From Centroscyllium fabricii (taxonomy: Eukaryota): a stretch of DNA of 64,000 nucleotides. Below the pieces are notes generated by a model. That model saw nothing but the letters and a program-made list of their open reading frames with translations, did no database searches and was not told the origin of the DNA. Location of the stretch: assembly GCA_051313645.2 (NCBI GenBank), contig JBNRSN020000029.1:11222001-11286000 (forward strand), given 5' to 3'. This document shows, piece after piece, positions 31,601 to 47,313 of this stretch. The translations under genes were made by a program, and so were the position numbers. Within the stretch, counting starts at the first letter, position 1, and each line of letters opens with the position of its first letter.

Positions 31601-34600
31601 TACACTCAACACAGCCCCTACACTGAACACCGCCGATACACTGTACACCGCCCCTACACTCAACACAGCCCCTGCACTCAACACAGCCCCTACACTCAAC
31701 ACAGCCCCTACACTGAACACAGCCCCTACACTCAACACAGCCCCTACACTGAACACAGCCACTAAACTGAACACAGCCCCTACACTGAACACAGCCCCTA
31801 CACTGAACACAGCCCCTTCACTCAACACAGCCCCTACACTGAACACTGTCCCTACACTCAACACAGCCCCTACACTGAACACAGACCCTACATTGAACAC
31901 AGGCCCCTGCACTGAACATGGCAACTTGACTGAACACAGCCCCTACACTGAACAGGGCCCCTACACTGAACACAGCCCCCACATTGAACACAGCCACTAC
32001 ACTGAACAGGGCCCCGACACTGACAACATCCCCTACACTAAACTCTGCCCCTACACTGTACACGGCCCCTACAGTGAACTTGGCCCCGACACTGACCACG
32101 GACCCTACACTGACCACGGACCCTACACACTACAGCCCCTACAATGAACATGGCCCCTACACTGAACACAGCCCCTACACTGAACACAGCCCCTACATTG
32201 AACACAGCCGCTACACTGAACACAGCCCCTACACTGAACATGTCCCTCACACTGAACACAGACCCTACACTGAACACAGCCCCTACACTGAACACAGACC
32301 CTACACTGAACACAGACCCTCCATTGAACACAGACCCTATATTGAACACAGACCCTACACTGAACACAGACCCTACACTGAAAACAGACCCTACACTGAA
32401 CACAGACCCTACAATGAACACAGACGCTACACTGAACACAGACCCTACACTGAACACAGACCCTACACTGAACACAGCACCTACACTGAACACAATCCCA
32501 ACACTGAACACAGACCCTGCACTGAACACAGACCCTACACTGAACACAGACCCTACACTGAACACAGCCCCTACACTGAACACAGTCCCTACACTGAGCA
32601 CAGGCCCCTATACTGAACACAACCCCTTTACTGAACACGGCCCCTACACTGAACACGGCCTCTGCACTGACAACGGCCTCTACACTGCTCACGGACACTA
32701 CACTGAAAACAGCCCCTACAGTGAACACAGACCCTATACTGAACCTAATCCCTACACTGAACACAGCCCCCACACTGAGCACAGATCTACACTGAACACA
32801 GCCACTACACTGAACACATCCCCTACACTGAACACAGCCCCTGCACTGAACACAATCCCTACACTGAACACAAACCCAACACTGAACACAGCCCCTACAC
32901 TGAACACAATCACTAAACTGAACACAATCCCTACGCTGAACAAAATCCCTACACTGAACACAATCCCTACATTGAACACAATCCCTACATAGAAGACAGT
33001 CCCTACACTGAACACCGCCGCTACACTGTACACAGCCGATACACTGTACACTGCCCCTACTAAACACAGCCCCTACACTGAACAAAGCCCCTACACTGAA
33101 CATGGCCACTTGACTGAACACAGCCCCTACACTGAACACCGCCGATACACTGTACACAACCCCTACACTCAACACAGCCACTACACTGAACACAGCCCCT
33201 ACACTGAACACAGCCCCTACACTGAACACGGTCCCTACACTCAACACAGCCCCTACACTGAACACGGTCCCTACACTCAACACAGCCCCTACACTGCACA
33301 CAGACCCGACACTGAACACAGGCCCCTATACTGAACACGGCCCCTACACTGAACACGGCCCCTACACTGAACACGGTCCCTACACTGAACACGGACCCTA
33401 CACTGAACACAGGCCCCTACACTGAACACACACCCTACACTGAACACAGCCCCTACACTGAACACAGCCCCTACTCTGAACACAGCCCCTACACTTAGCA
33501 CAGACCCTACACTGAACAGAGACTCGACACTGAACACAGGCCCCTACACTGAACACAGCCCCTTCACTGAACACAGCCCCTACACTGAACACAGCCCCTA
33601 CACTGAACACAGCCCCTACACTGAACACAGCCCCTACATTGAACACAGCCCCAACACTGAACATGGCCCCAACACTGAACACGGCCCCTACACTGAACAC
33701 GGCCCCTACACTGACAACGGCCTCTACACTGCCCACGGACCCTACACTGAAAACAGCCCCTACAGTGAACACAGACTCTATACTGAACCTAATTCCTACA
33801 CTGAACACAGCCCCCACACTGAGCACAGATCTACACTGAACACAGCCCCTGCACTGCACACAGCCCCTGCACTGAACACAATCCCTACACTGAACACCAA
33901 CCCTACACTGAACAGAGCCCCTACACTGAACACAATCCCTAAACTGAACACAATCCCTACACTGAACACAATCCCTACACTGAACACAATCCCTACATAG
34001 AAGACAGTCCCTACACTGAACACCGCTGCTACACTGAACACCGCCGATACACTGTACACCGCCCCTGCACTCAACACAGCCACTAAACTGAACACAGCCC
34101 CTACACTGAACACAGCCCCTACACTGAACACGGTCCCTTCACTCAATACAGCCCCTACACTGAACACTGTCCCTACACTCAACACAGCCCCTACACTGAA
34201 CACAGACCCTACATTGAACACAGGCCCCTACACTGAACACAGACCCTACACTGATCACAGGCCCCTACACTGAACACGGTCCCTACACTGAACATGGCCC
34301 CTACACTGAACACGGCTCCTACACTGAACATGGCAACTTGACTGAACACAGCCCCTACACTGAACAGAGCCCCTACACTGAACACAGCCCCCACATTGAA
34401 CACAGCCACTACACTGAACAGGGCCCCGACACTGACAACATCCCCTACATTAAACTCTGCCCCTACACTGTACACGGTCCCTACAGTGAACTTGGCCCCT
34501 ACACTGACCACGGACCCTACACTGAACACGGACCCTACACACTAAAGCCCCTACAATGAACACGGCCCCTACACTGAACACAGCCCCTACACTGAACACA

Positions 34601-37600
34601 GCCCCTACATTGAACACAGCCGCTACACTGAACACAGCCCCTACACTGAACATGGCCCCCACACTGAACACAGACCCAACACTGAACACAGCCCCTTCAC
34701 TGAACACAGACCCTGCACTGAACACAGACCCTCCATTGAACACAGACCCTACACTGAACACAGACCCTACACTGAACACAGACCCTACAATGAACACAGA
34801 CGCTACACTGAACACAGACCCTACACTGAACACACACCCTACACTGAACACAGCACCTACACTGAACACAATCCCAAAACTGAACACAGACCCTGCACTG
34901 AACACAGACCCAACACTGAACACAGCCCCTACACTGAACACAGCCCCTACACTGAGCACAGGCCCCTATACTGAATACAACCCCTGTACTGAACACGGCC
35001 CCTACACTGAACACGGCCCCTGCACTGACAACGGCCTCTACACTGCCCATGGACACTACACTGAAAACAGCCCCTACAGTGAACACAGACCCTATACTGA
35101 ACCTAATCCCTACACTGAACACAGCCCCCACACTGAGCACAGATCTACACTGAACACAGCCACTACACTGAACACATCCCCTACACTGAACACAGCCCCT
35201 GCACTGAACACAATCCCTACACTGAACACAAACCCTACACTGAACACAGCCCCTACACTGAACACAATCCCTAAACTGAACACAATCCCTACGCTGAACA
35301 CAATCCCTACACTCTACACAATCCCTAAACTGAACACAATCCCTACATAGAAGACAGTCCCTACACTGAACACCGCCGATACATTGTACACTGCCCCTAC
35401 TAAACACAGCCCCTACACTGAACACAGCCCCTACACTGAACATGGCCACTTGACTGAACGCAGCCCCTACACTGAACACCGCCGATACACTGTACACCGC
35501 CCCTACACTCAACACAGCCACTACACTGAACACAGCCCCTACACTGAACACATCCCCTACACTGAACACGGTCCCTGCACTCAACACAGCCCCTACACTG
35601 AACACGGTCCCTACACTCAACACAGCCCCTACACTGAACACAGACCCTACACTGAACACAGGCCCCTACACTGAACATGGTCCCTACACTGAACACGGCC
35701 CCTACACTTAGCACAGACCCTACACTGAACAGAGACTCGACACTGAACACAGACCCCTACACTGAACACAGCCCCTTCACTGAACACAGCCCCTACACTG
35801 AACACAGCCCCTACACTGTACACAGCCCCTACACTGAACACAGCCCCTACACTGAACACAGCCCCAACACTGAACATGGCCCCAACACTGAACACGGCCC
35901 CTACACTGAACACGGCCCCTACACTGACAACGGCCTCTACACTGCCCATGGACCCTACACTGAAAACAGCCCCTACAGTGAACACAGACCCTATACTGAA
36001 CCTAATTCCTACACTGAACACAGCCCCCACACTGAGCACAGATCTACACTGAACACAGCCCCTGCACTGCACACAGCCCCTGCACTGAACACAATCCCTA
36101 CACTGAACACCAACCCTACACTGAACAGAGCCCCTACACTGAACACAATCCCTACACTGAACACAGACCCTCCATTGAACACAGCCCCTATATTGAACAC
36201 AGACCCTACACTGAACACAGACCCTACACTGAACACAGACCCTACACTGAACACAGACCCTACACTGAACACAGCCCCAACACTGAACACGGCCCCAACA
36301 CTGAACACGGCCCCTACACTGAACATAATCCCTACACTGAACACAGACCCTACACTGAACACAGACCCTACACTGAACACAGACCCTACAATGAACACAG
36401 ACGCTACACTGAACACAGACCCTACACTGAACACACACCCTACACTGAACACAGCACCTACACTGAACACAATCCCAACACTGAACACAGACCCTGCACT
36501 GAACACAGACCCAACACTGAACACAGCCCCTACACTGAACACAGCCCCTACACTGAACACAGTCCCTACACTGAGCACAGGCCCCTATACTGAATACAAC
36601 CCCTGTACTGAACACGGCCCCTACACTGAACACGGCCCCTGCACTGACAACGGCCTCTACACTGCCCATGGACACTACACTGAAAACAGCCCCTACAGTG
36701 AACACAGACCCTATACTGAACCTAATCCCTACACTGAACACAGCCCCCACACTGAGCACAGATCTACACTGAACACAGCCACTACACTGAACACATCCCC
36801 TGCACTGAACACAGCCCCTGCACTGAACACAATCCCTACACTGAACACAAACCCTACACTGAACACAGCCCCTACACTGAACACAATCCCTAAACTGAAC
36901 ACAATCCCTACGCTGAACACAATCCCTACATAGAAGACAGTCCCTACACTGAACACCGCCGCTACACTGTACACAGCCGATACACTGTACACTGCCCCTA
37001 CTAAACACAGCCCCTACACTGAACACAGCCCCTACACTGAACATGGCCACTTGACTGAACACAGCCCCTACACTGAACACCGCCGATACACTGTACACCG
37101 CCCCTACACTCAACACAGCCACTACACTGAACACAGCCCCTACACTGAACACAGCCCCTACACTGAACACAGCCCCTACACTCAACACAGCCCCTACACT
37201 GAACACGGTCCCTACACTCAATACAGCCACTACACTGCACACAGACCCTACACTGAACACAGGCCCCTACACTGAACACGGTCCCTACACTGAACACGGC
37301 CCCTACACTGAACACGGCCCCTACACTGAACACGGGCCCTACACTGAACACAGACCCTACACTTAACACAGGCCCCTACACTGAACACAGACCCTACACT
37401 GAACACAGCCCCTACACTGAACACAGCCCCTACTCTGAACACAGCCCCTACACTTAGCACAGACCCTACACTGAACAGAGACTCGACACTGAACACAGAC
37501 CCCTACACTGAACACAGCCCCTTCACTGAACACAGCCCCTACACTGAACACAGCCCCTACACTGAACACAGCCCCTACACTGAACACAGCCCCTACACTG

Positions 37601-40600
37601 AACACAGCCCCCCCACTGAACACAGCCCCAACACTGAACATGGCCCCAACACTGAACACGGCCCCTACACTGAACATGGCCCCTACACTGACAACGGCCT
37701 CTACACTGCCCACGGACCCTACACTGAAAACAGCCCCTACAGTGAACACAGACCCTATACTGAACCTAATTCCTACACTGAACACAGCCCCCACAATGAG
37801 CACAGATCTACACTGAACACAACCCCTGCACTGCACACAGCCCCTGCACTGAACACAATCCCTACACTGAACACCAACCCTACACTGAACAGAGCCCCTA
37901 CACTGAACACAATCCCTAAACTGAACACAATCTCTACACTGAACACAATCCCTACACTGAACACAATCCCTACACTGAACACAATCCCTACATAGAAGAC
38001 AGTCCCTACACTCAACACAGCCCCTACACTCAACACAGCCCCTACACTGTACACAGCCAGTAAACTGAACACAGCCCCTACACTGAACACAGCCCCTACA
38101 CTGAACACAGCCCCTACACTGAACACGGTCCCTTCACTCAATACAGCCCCTACACTGAACACTGTCCCTACACTCAACACAGCCCCTACACTGAACACAG
38201 ACCCTACATTGAACACAGGCCCCTACACTGAACACAGACTCTACACTGATCACAGGCCCCTACACTGAACACGGTCCCTACACTGAACATGGCCCCTACA
38301 CTGAACACGGCTCCTACACTGAACATGGCAACTTGACTGAACACAGCCCCTACACTGAACAGAGCCCCTACACTGAACACAGCCCCCACATTGAACACAG
38401 CCACTACACTGAACAGGGCCCCGACACTGACAACATCCCCTACACTAAACTCTGCCCCTAAACTGTACACGGCCCCTACAGTGAACTTGGCCCCTACACT
38501 GACAACGGACCCTACACTGACCACGGACCCTACACACTACAGCCCCTACAATGAACACAGCCCCTACACTGAACACAGCCCCTACACTGAACACAGCCCC
38601 TACATTGAACACAGCCGCTACACTGAACACAGCCCCTACACTGAACATGGCCCCCACACTGAACACAGACCCTACACTGAACACAGCCCCTACACTGAAC
38701 ACAGACCCTACACTGAACACAGACCCTCCATTGAACACAGCCCCTATATTGAACACAGACCCTACACTGAACACAGACCCTACACTGAACACAGACCCTA
38801 CACTGAACACAGACCCTACACTGAACACAGCCCCAACACTGAACACGGCCCCAACACTGAACACGGCCCCAACACTGAACATAATCCCTACACTGAACAC
38901 AGACCCTACACTGAACACAGACCCTACACTGAACACAGACCCTACACTGAACACAGCACCTACACTGAACACAATCCCAACACTGAACACAGACCCTGCA
39001 CTGAACACAGACCCTACACTGAACACAGCCCCTACACTGAACACAGCCCCTACACTGAACACAGTCCCTACACTGAGCACAGGCCACTATACTGAACACA
39101 ACCCCTGTACTGAACACGGCCCCTACACTGAACACGGCCCCTGCACTGACAACGGCCTCTACACTGCCCACGGACACTACACGAAACACAGCCCCTACTC
39201 TGAACACAGCCCCTACACTTAGCACAGAACCTACACTGAACAGAGAATCGACACTGAACACATACCCCTACACTGAACACAGCCCCTTCACTGAACACAG
39301 CCCCTAAACTGAACACAGCCCCTACACTGAACACAGCCCCTACACTGAACACCGCCCCTACACTGAACATGGCCCCAACACTGAACACGGCCCCTACACT
39401 GAACACGGCCCCTACACTGACAACGGCCTCTACACTGCCCACGGACCCTACACTGAAAACAGCCCCTACAGTGAACACAGACCCTATACTGAACCTAATT
39501 CCTACACTGAACACAGCCCCCACACTGAGCACAGATCTACACTGAACACAGCCCCTGCACTGCACACAGCCCCTGCACTGAACACAATCCCTACACTGAA
39601 CACCAACCCTACACTGAACAGAGCCCCTACACTGAACACAATCCCTAAACTGAACACAATCTCTACACTGAACACAATCCCTACACTGAACACAATCCCT
39701 ACACTGAACACAATCCCTACATAGAAGACAGTCCCTACACTGAACACCGCTGCTACACTGAACACCGCTGATACACTGTACACCGCCCCTACACTGAACA
39801 CAGCCCCTACAATCAACACAGTCCCTACACTGTACACAGCCACTAAACTGAACACAGCCCCTACACTGAACACAGCCCCTACACTGAACACGGTCCCTTC
39901 ACTCAATACAGCCCCGACACTGAACACTGTCCCTACACTCAACACAGCCCCTACACTTAACACAGACCCTACATTGAACACAGGCCCCTACACTGAACAC
40001 AGACCCTACACTGATCACAGGCCCCTACACTGAACACGGTCCCTACACTGAACATGGCCCCTAAACTGAACACGGCTCCTACACTGAACATGGCAACTTG
40101 ACTGAACACAGCCCCTACACTGAACAGAGCCCCTACACTGAACACAGCCCCCACATTGAACACAGCCACTACACTGAACAGGGCCCCGACACTGACAACA
40201 TCCCCTACACTAAACTCTGCCCCTAAACTGTACACGGCCCCTACAGTGAACTTGGCCCCTACACTGACAACGGACCCTACACTGACCACGGACCCTACAC
40301 ACTACAGCCCCTACAATGAACACAGCCCCTACACTGAACACAGCCCCTACACTGAACACAGCCCCTACATTGAACACAGCCGCTACACTGAACACAGCCC
40401 CTACACTGAACATGGCCCCCACACTGAACACAGACCCTACACTGAACACAGCCCCTACACTGAACACAGACCCTACACTGAACACAGACCCTCCATTGAA
40501 CACAGCCCCTATATTGAACACAGACCCTACACTGAACACAGACCCTACACTGAACACAGACCCTACACTGAACACAGACCCTACACTGAACACAGCCCCA

Positions 40601-43600
40601 ACACTGAACACGGCCCCAACACTGAACACGGCCCCTACACTGAACACGGCCCCTACACTGAACATAATCCCTACACTGAACACAGACCCTACACTGAACA
40701 CAGACCCTACACTGAACACAGACCCTACACTGAACACAATCCCAACACTGAACACAATCCCAACACTGAACACAGACCCTGCACTGAACACAGACCCTAC
40801 ACTGAACACAGCCCCTACACTGAACACAGCCCCTACACTGAACACAGTCCCTACACTGAGCACAGGCCCCTATACTGAACACAACCCCTGTACTGAACAC
40901 GGCCCCTACACTGAACACGGCCCCTGCACTGACAACGGCCTCTACACTGCCCACGGAAACTACACTGAAAACAGCCCCTACACTGAACACAGCCCCTGCA
41001 CTGAACACAATCCCTACACTGAACACAAACCCTACACTGAACACAGCCCCTACACTGAACACAATCCCTAAACTGAACACAATCCCTACGCTGAACACTA
41101 TCCCTACACTGAACACAATCCCTACACTGAACACAATCCCTACATAGAAGACAGTCCCTACACTGAACACCGCCGCTACACTGTACGCAGCCGATACACT
41201 GTACACCGCCCCTACACTCAACACAGCCACTACACTGAACACAGACCCTACACTGAACACAGACCCTACACTGAACACAGCCCCTACACTGAACACGGTC
41301 CCTACACTCAACACAGCCCCTACACTGAACACGGTCCCTACACTCAACACAGCCCCTACACTGCACACAGACCCTACACTGAACACAGGCCCCTACACTG
41401 AACACGGTCCCTACACTGAACACGGCCCCTACACTGAACACGGCCCCTACACTGAACACGGTCCCTACACTGAACACAGACCCAACACTGAACACAGGCC
41501 CCTAGACTGAACACAGACCCTACGCTGAACACAGCCCCTACACTGAAAACAGCCCCTACTCTGAACACAGCCCCTACACTTAGCACAGACCCTACACTGA
41601 ACAGAGACTCGACACTGAACACAGGCCCCTACACTGAACACAGCCCCTTCACTGAACACAGCCCCTACACTGAACACAGCCCCTACACTGAACACAGCCC
41701 CTACACTGAACACAGCCCCTACACTGAACACAACCCCTACACTGAACACAATCCCTAAACTGAACACAATCCCTACACTGAACACAATCCGTACACTGAA
41801 CACAATCCCTACACTGAACGCAATCCCTACATAGAATACAGTCCCTACACTGAACACCACCGCTACACTGTACACAGCCGATACACTGTACACCGCCCCT
41901 ACACTCAAAACAGCCCCTATACTGAACACAATCCCTACACTGAACACAATCCCTACATAGAAGACAGTCTCTAAACTCAACACAGCTCCTACACTGAACA
42001 CAGCCCCTACACTGAACATGGCCACTTGACTGAACACAGCCCCTACACTGTACACAGCCACTACACTAAACACGGCCCCCACACTGAACACGGCCCCTAC
42101 ACTGAACACGGACCATACACTGAACACGGCCCCTACACTGAACACAGCCCCTACACTGAACACGGCCCCTACACTGAACACAGCCCATACACTGAACACG
42201 GCCCCTACACTGAACACGGCCCCTACACTGAACACGGCCCCTACACTGAACACGGCCCCTACACTGAACACAGCCCCTACACTGAACATGGACCCTACAC
42301 TGAATACGGACCCTACACTGAACACAGCCCCTACTCTGAACACAGCCCCTACACTGAACACAGCCCCTAAACTGAACACAGCCCCTACACTGAACCCAAT
42401 CCCTACACTGAACACAATCCCTGCACTGAACACAATCCCTACACTGAACCCTGTCCCTACACTGAACACTGTCCCTACACTGAACACTGTCCCTACACTG
42501 AACCCAATCCCTACACTGAACACAGGCCCTATACCGAACACAGCCACTAAATTGAACACAGCCCCTACACTGGAAACTGAACCTACACGGAAACCAGCCA
42601 GCCACTGAACACAGACGATACACCAAACACAATCCCTGAACTGAATACTGCCCATACACAAAACACAGTCCCTACACAAAACACGGCCCCTACACTGAAC
42701 ATGGCCCCAAGCGTGAACACAATCGCTACACTCACCTCAGCCCCTAGACTGAACACAGCCCTTAGACTGAACACAGCCCCTAGACTGAAAACAGCCCCTC
42801 CACCGAACACGGCCCCTCCACCGAACACGGCCCCTCCACCGAACACGGCCCCTACACCGAACACAGTCCCTACACTGAACATGTTCCCTACACTGAACAC
42901 AGCCCCTACACTGAACACAGCCCCTACACTGAACACAGTCCCTACACTGAAAATGTTCCCTACACTGAACACAGCCCCTACACTGAACACAGCCCCTACA
43001 CTGAACACAGCCCCTACACTGAACACAGCCCCTACACTGAACACAGTCCCTACACTGAACACAGTCCCTACACTGAACACAGTCCCTACACTGAACATGG
43101 CCCCTACACTGAACACGGCTCCTACACTGAACATGGCAACTTGACTGAACACAGCCCCTACACTGAACAGAGCCCCTACACTGAACACAGCCCCCACATT
43201 GAACACAGCCACTACACTGAACAGGGCCCCGACACTGACAACATCCCCTACACTAAACTCTGCCCCTAAACTGTACATGGCCCCTACAGTGAACTTGGCC
43301 CCTACACTGACAACGGACCCTACACTGACCATGGACCCTACACACTACAGCCCCTACAATGAACACAGCCCCTACACTGAACACAGCCCCTACACTGAAC
43401 ACAGCCCCTACATTGAACACAGCCGCTACACTGAACACAGCCCCTACACTGAACATGGCCCCCACACTGAACACAGACCCTACACTGAACACAGCCCCTA
43501 CACTGAACACAGACCCTACACTGAACACAGACCCTCCATTGAACACAGACCCTACACTGAACACAGACCCTACACTGAACACAGACCCTACACTGAACAC

Positions 43601-46600
43601 AGACCCTACACTGAACACAGACCCTACACTGAACACAGCCCCAACACTGAACACGGCCCCAACACTGAACACGGCCCCTACACTGAACACAGTCCCTACA
43701 CTGAGCACAGGCCCCTATACTGAACACAACCCCTGTACTGAACACGGCCCCTACACTGAACACGGCCACTGCACTGACAACGGCCTCTACACTGCCCACG
43801 GACACTACACTGAAAACAGCCCCTACACTGAACACAGCCCCTGCACTGAACACAATCCCTACACTGAACACAAACCCTACACTGAACACAGCCCCTACAC
43901 TGAACACAATCCCTAAACTGAACACAATCCCTACGCTGAACACTATCCCTACACTGAACACAATCCCTACACTGAACACAATCCCTACATAGAAGACAGT
44001 CCCTACACTGAACACCGCCGCTACACTGTACGCAGCCGATACACTGTACACTGCCCCTACTAAACACAGCCCCTACACTGAACACAGCCCCTACACTGAA
44101 CATGGCCACTTGACTGAACACAGCCCCTACACTGAACACCGCCGATACACTGTACACCGCCCCTTCACTCAACACAGCCACTACACTGAACACAGACCCT
44201 ACACTGAACACAGCCCCTACACTGAACACGGTCCCTACACTCAACACAGCCCCTACACTGAACACGGTCCCTACACTCAACACAGCCCCTACACTGCACA
44301 CAGACCCTACACTGAACACAGGCCCCTACACTGAACACGGTCCCTACACTGAACACGGACCATACACTGAACATGGCCCCTACACTGAACACAGCCCCTA
44401 CACTGAACACGGCCCCTACACTGAACACAGCCCATACACTGAACACGGCCCCTACACTGAACACGGCCCCTACACTGAACATGGCCCCTACACTGAACAC
44501 GGCCCCTACACTGAACACGGCCCCTACACTGAACATGGACCCTACACTGAATACGGACCCTACACTGAACACAGCCCCTACTCTGAACACAGCCCCTACA
44601 CTGAACACAGCCCCTAAACTGAACACAGCCCCTACACTGAACCCAATCCCTACACTGAACACAATCCCTGCACTGAACACAATCCCTACACTGAACCCTG
44701 TCCCTACACTGAACACTGTCCCTACACTGAACACTGTCCCTACACTGAACCCAATCCCTACACTGAACACAGGCCCTATACCGAACACAGCCACTAAATT
44801 GAACACAGCCCCTACACTGGAAACTGAACCTACACGGAAACCAGCCAGCCACTGAACACAGACGATACACCGAACACAATCCCTGAACTGAATACTGCCC
44901 ATACACAAAACACAGTCCCTACACAAAACACGGCCCCTACACTGAACATGGCCCCAAGCGTGAACACAATCGCTACACTCACCTCAGCCCCTAGACTGAA
45001 CACAGCCCTTAGACTGAACACAGCCCCTAGACTGAAAACAGCCCCTCCACCGAACACGGCCCCTCCACCGAACACGGCCCCTCCACCGAACACGGCCCCT
45101 ACACCGAACACAGTCCCTACACTGAACATGTTCCCTACACTGAACACAGCCCCTACACTGAACACAGCCCCTACACTGAACACAGTCCCTACACTGAACA
45201 TGTTCCCTACACTGAACACAGCCCCTACACTGAACACAGCCCCTACACTGAACACAGCCCCTACACTGAACACAGCCCCTACACTGAACACAGTCCCTAC
45301 ACTGAACACAGTCCCTACACTGAACACAGTCCCTACACTGAACACAGCCCCTACACTGAACACAGTCCCTACACTGAACACAGTCCCTACACTGAACATG
45401 ACCCCTACACTGAACACAGCCCCTGCACTGAACACGACCCCTACACTGAACACGACTCCGACACTGAACACGTCCCCTACACTGAAAATGGCCCTTACAC
45501 TGAACAGGTTCCCTACACTGAACACCGCCCCGACACTGAACATGGCCCCGACACTGAAAACGGCCCCTACACTGAGCACCATCCCTACACTGTGCACAGC
45601 CCCTGCACTGAACACAATCTATACACTGAAAACATTCCCCACACTGAACACGTCCTCTACACTGAAAATGGTCCCTACACTGAACAGGTTCTCTACACTG
45701 AACAGGTTCCCTACACTGAACAGGTTCTCTACACTGAACAGGTTCACTACACTGAACAGGTTCTCTACACTGAACACCGCCCCGACACTGAACATGGCCC
45801 CGACACTGAAAACGGCCCTATACACTGAAGAGGGCCCCTACACTGAACACAATCCCTGCACTGAACACAATCCCTACACTGAACCCTGTCCCTACACTGA
45901 ACACTGTCCCTACACTGAACACTGTCCCTACCCTGAACACTGAACACTGAACACTGTCCCTACACTGAACCCAATCCCTACACTGAACACAGGCCCTATA
46001 CCGAACACAGCCACTAAATTGAACACAGTCCCTACACTGAACACAGCCCCTACACTGAACACAGCCCCTACACTGAACACAGCCCCTACACTGAACACAG
46101 CCCCTACACTGAACACAGTCCCTACACTGAACACAGTCCCTACACTGAACACAGCCCCTACACTGAACACAGTCCCTACACTGAACATGACCCCTACACT
46201 GAACACGACTCCGACACTGAACACGTCCCCTACTCTGAAAATGGCCCTTACACTGAACAGGTTCCCTACACTGAACACCGCCCCGACACTGAACATGGCC
46301 CCGACACTGAAAACGGCCCCTACACTGAGCACAATCCCTACACTGTGCACAGCCCCTGCACTGAACACAATCTATACACTGAAAACATTCCCCACACTGA
46401 ACACGTCCCCTACACTGAAAATGGCCCCTACACTGAACAGGTTCTCTACACTGAACAGGTTCCCGACACTGAACAGGTTCTCTACACTGAACAGGTTCCC
46501 TACACTGAACAGGTTCCCTACACTGAACAGGTTCTCTACACTGAATAGGTTCCCGACACTGAACAGGTTCTCTACACTGAACAGGTTCTCTACACTGAAC

Positions 46601-47313
46601 AGGTTCCCTACACTGAACAGGTTCTCTACACTGAACACTGCCCTGACACTGAACATGGCCCCGACACTGAAAACGGCCCTATACACTGAAGAGGGCCCGT
46701 ACACTGAACACAATCTCTACACTGCACACAATCCCTGCACTGAACACAATCTCTACACTGCACACAATCTCTACACTGCACACAATCCCTACACTGAAAA
46801 CAATCTGCACACTGAAAACATTCCCCACACTGAACACCGCCCCTACACTGAACACAGCCCCTACTCTGAACACAGCCCCTACACTGAAAACATTCCCCAC
46901 ACTGAACACAGCCCCTACAAGAACACAGCCCCTTCACTGAACACAGCCCCTTCACTGAACACAGCCCCTTCACTGAACACAACCCCGACACTGAAGACGG
47001 CCCCTACACTGAACACAATCTATACACTGAAAGCATTCCCCACACTGAACACAGCCCCTACACTGAACACAGCCCCTACACTGAACACAGCCCCTTCACT
47101 GAACACAGCCCCTACACAGAACACAGCCCCTTCACTGAACACAGCCCCTACACTGAACACAGCCCCTACACTGAACACAGCCCCTACACTGAGCACAGCC
47201 GCTACACTGAACACAGCACCTACACTGAACACAGCCCCTACACTAAAAACAGCCCCTACACTGAACACAGCCCCTACACTGAACAGGGCCACTCCACAGA
47301 ACACAGCCCCTAC
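28638..47313. repeat. 18-bp minisatellite array, right domain (more diverged, with its own variant units)
   Basis: Same consensus unit. Diagnostic variants include TACATAGAAGACAGTCCC, GAGCACAGATC, CATGGC(C/A)ACTTGACTG, CTGACAACGGCCTC and GAACAGGTTCTC. The array ends abruptly at a CR1 3' tail near 47313. Confidence 0.98.

Noticed and set aside
1-47313. CRISPR-like array (constant core plus variable part)
   Set aside because: The variable part is only about 9 bp of point variants of one consensus. There are no unique spacers and no cas genes, and the context is vertebrate.
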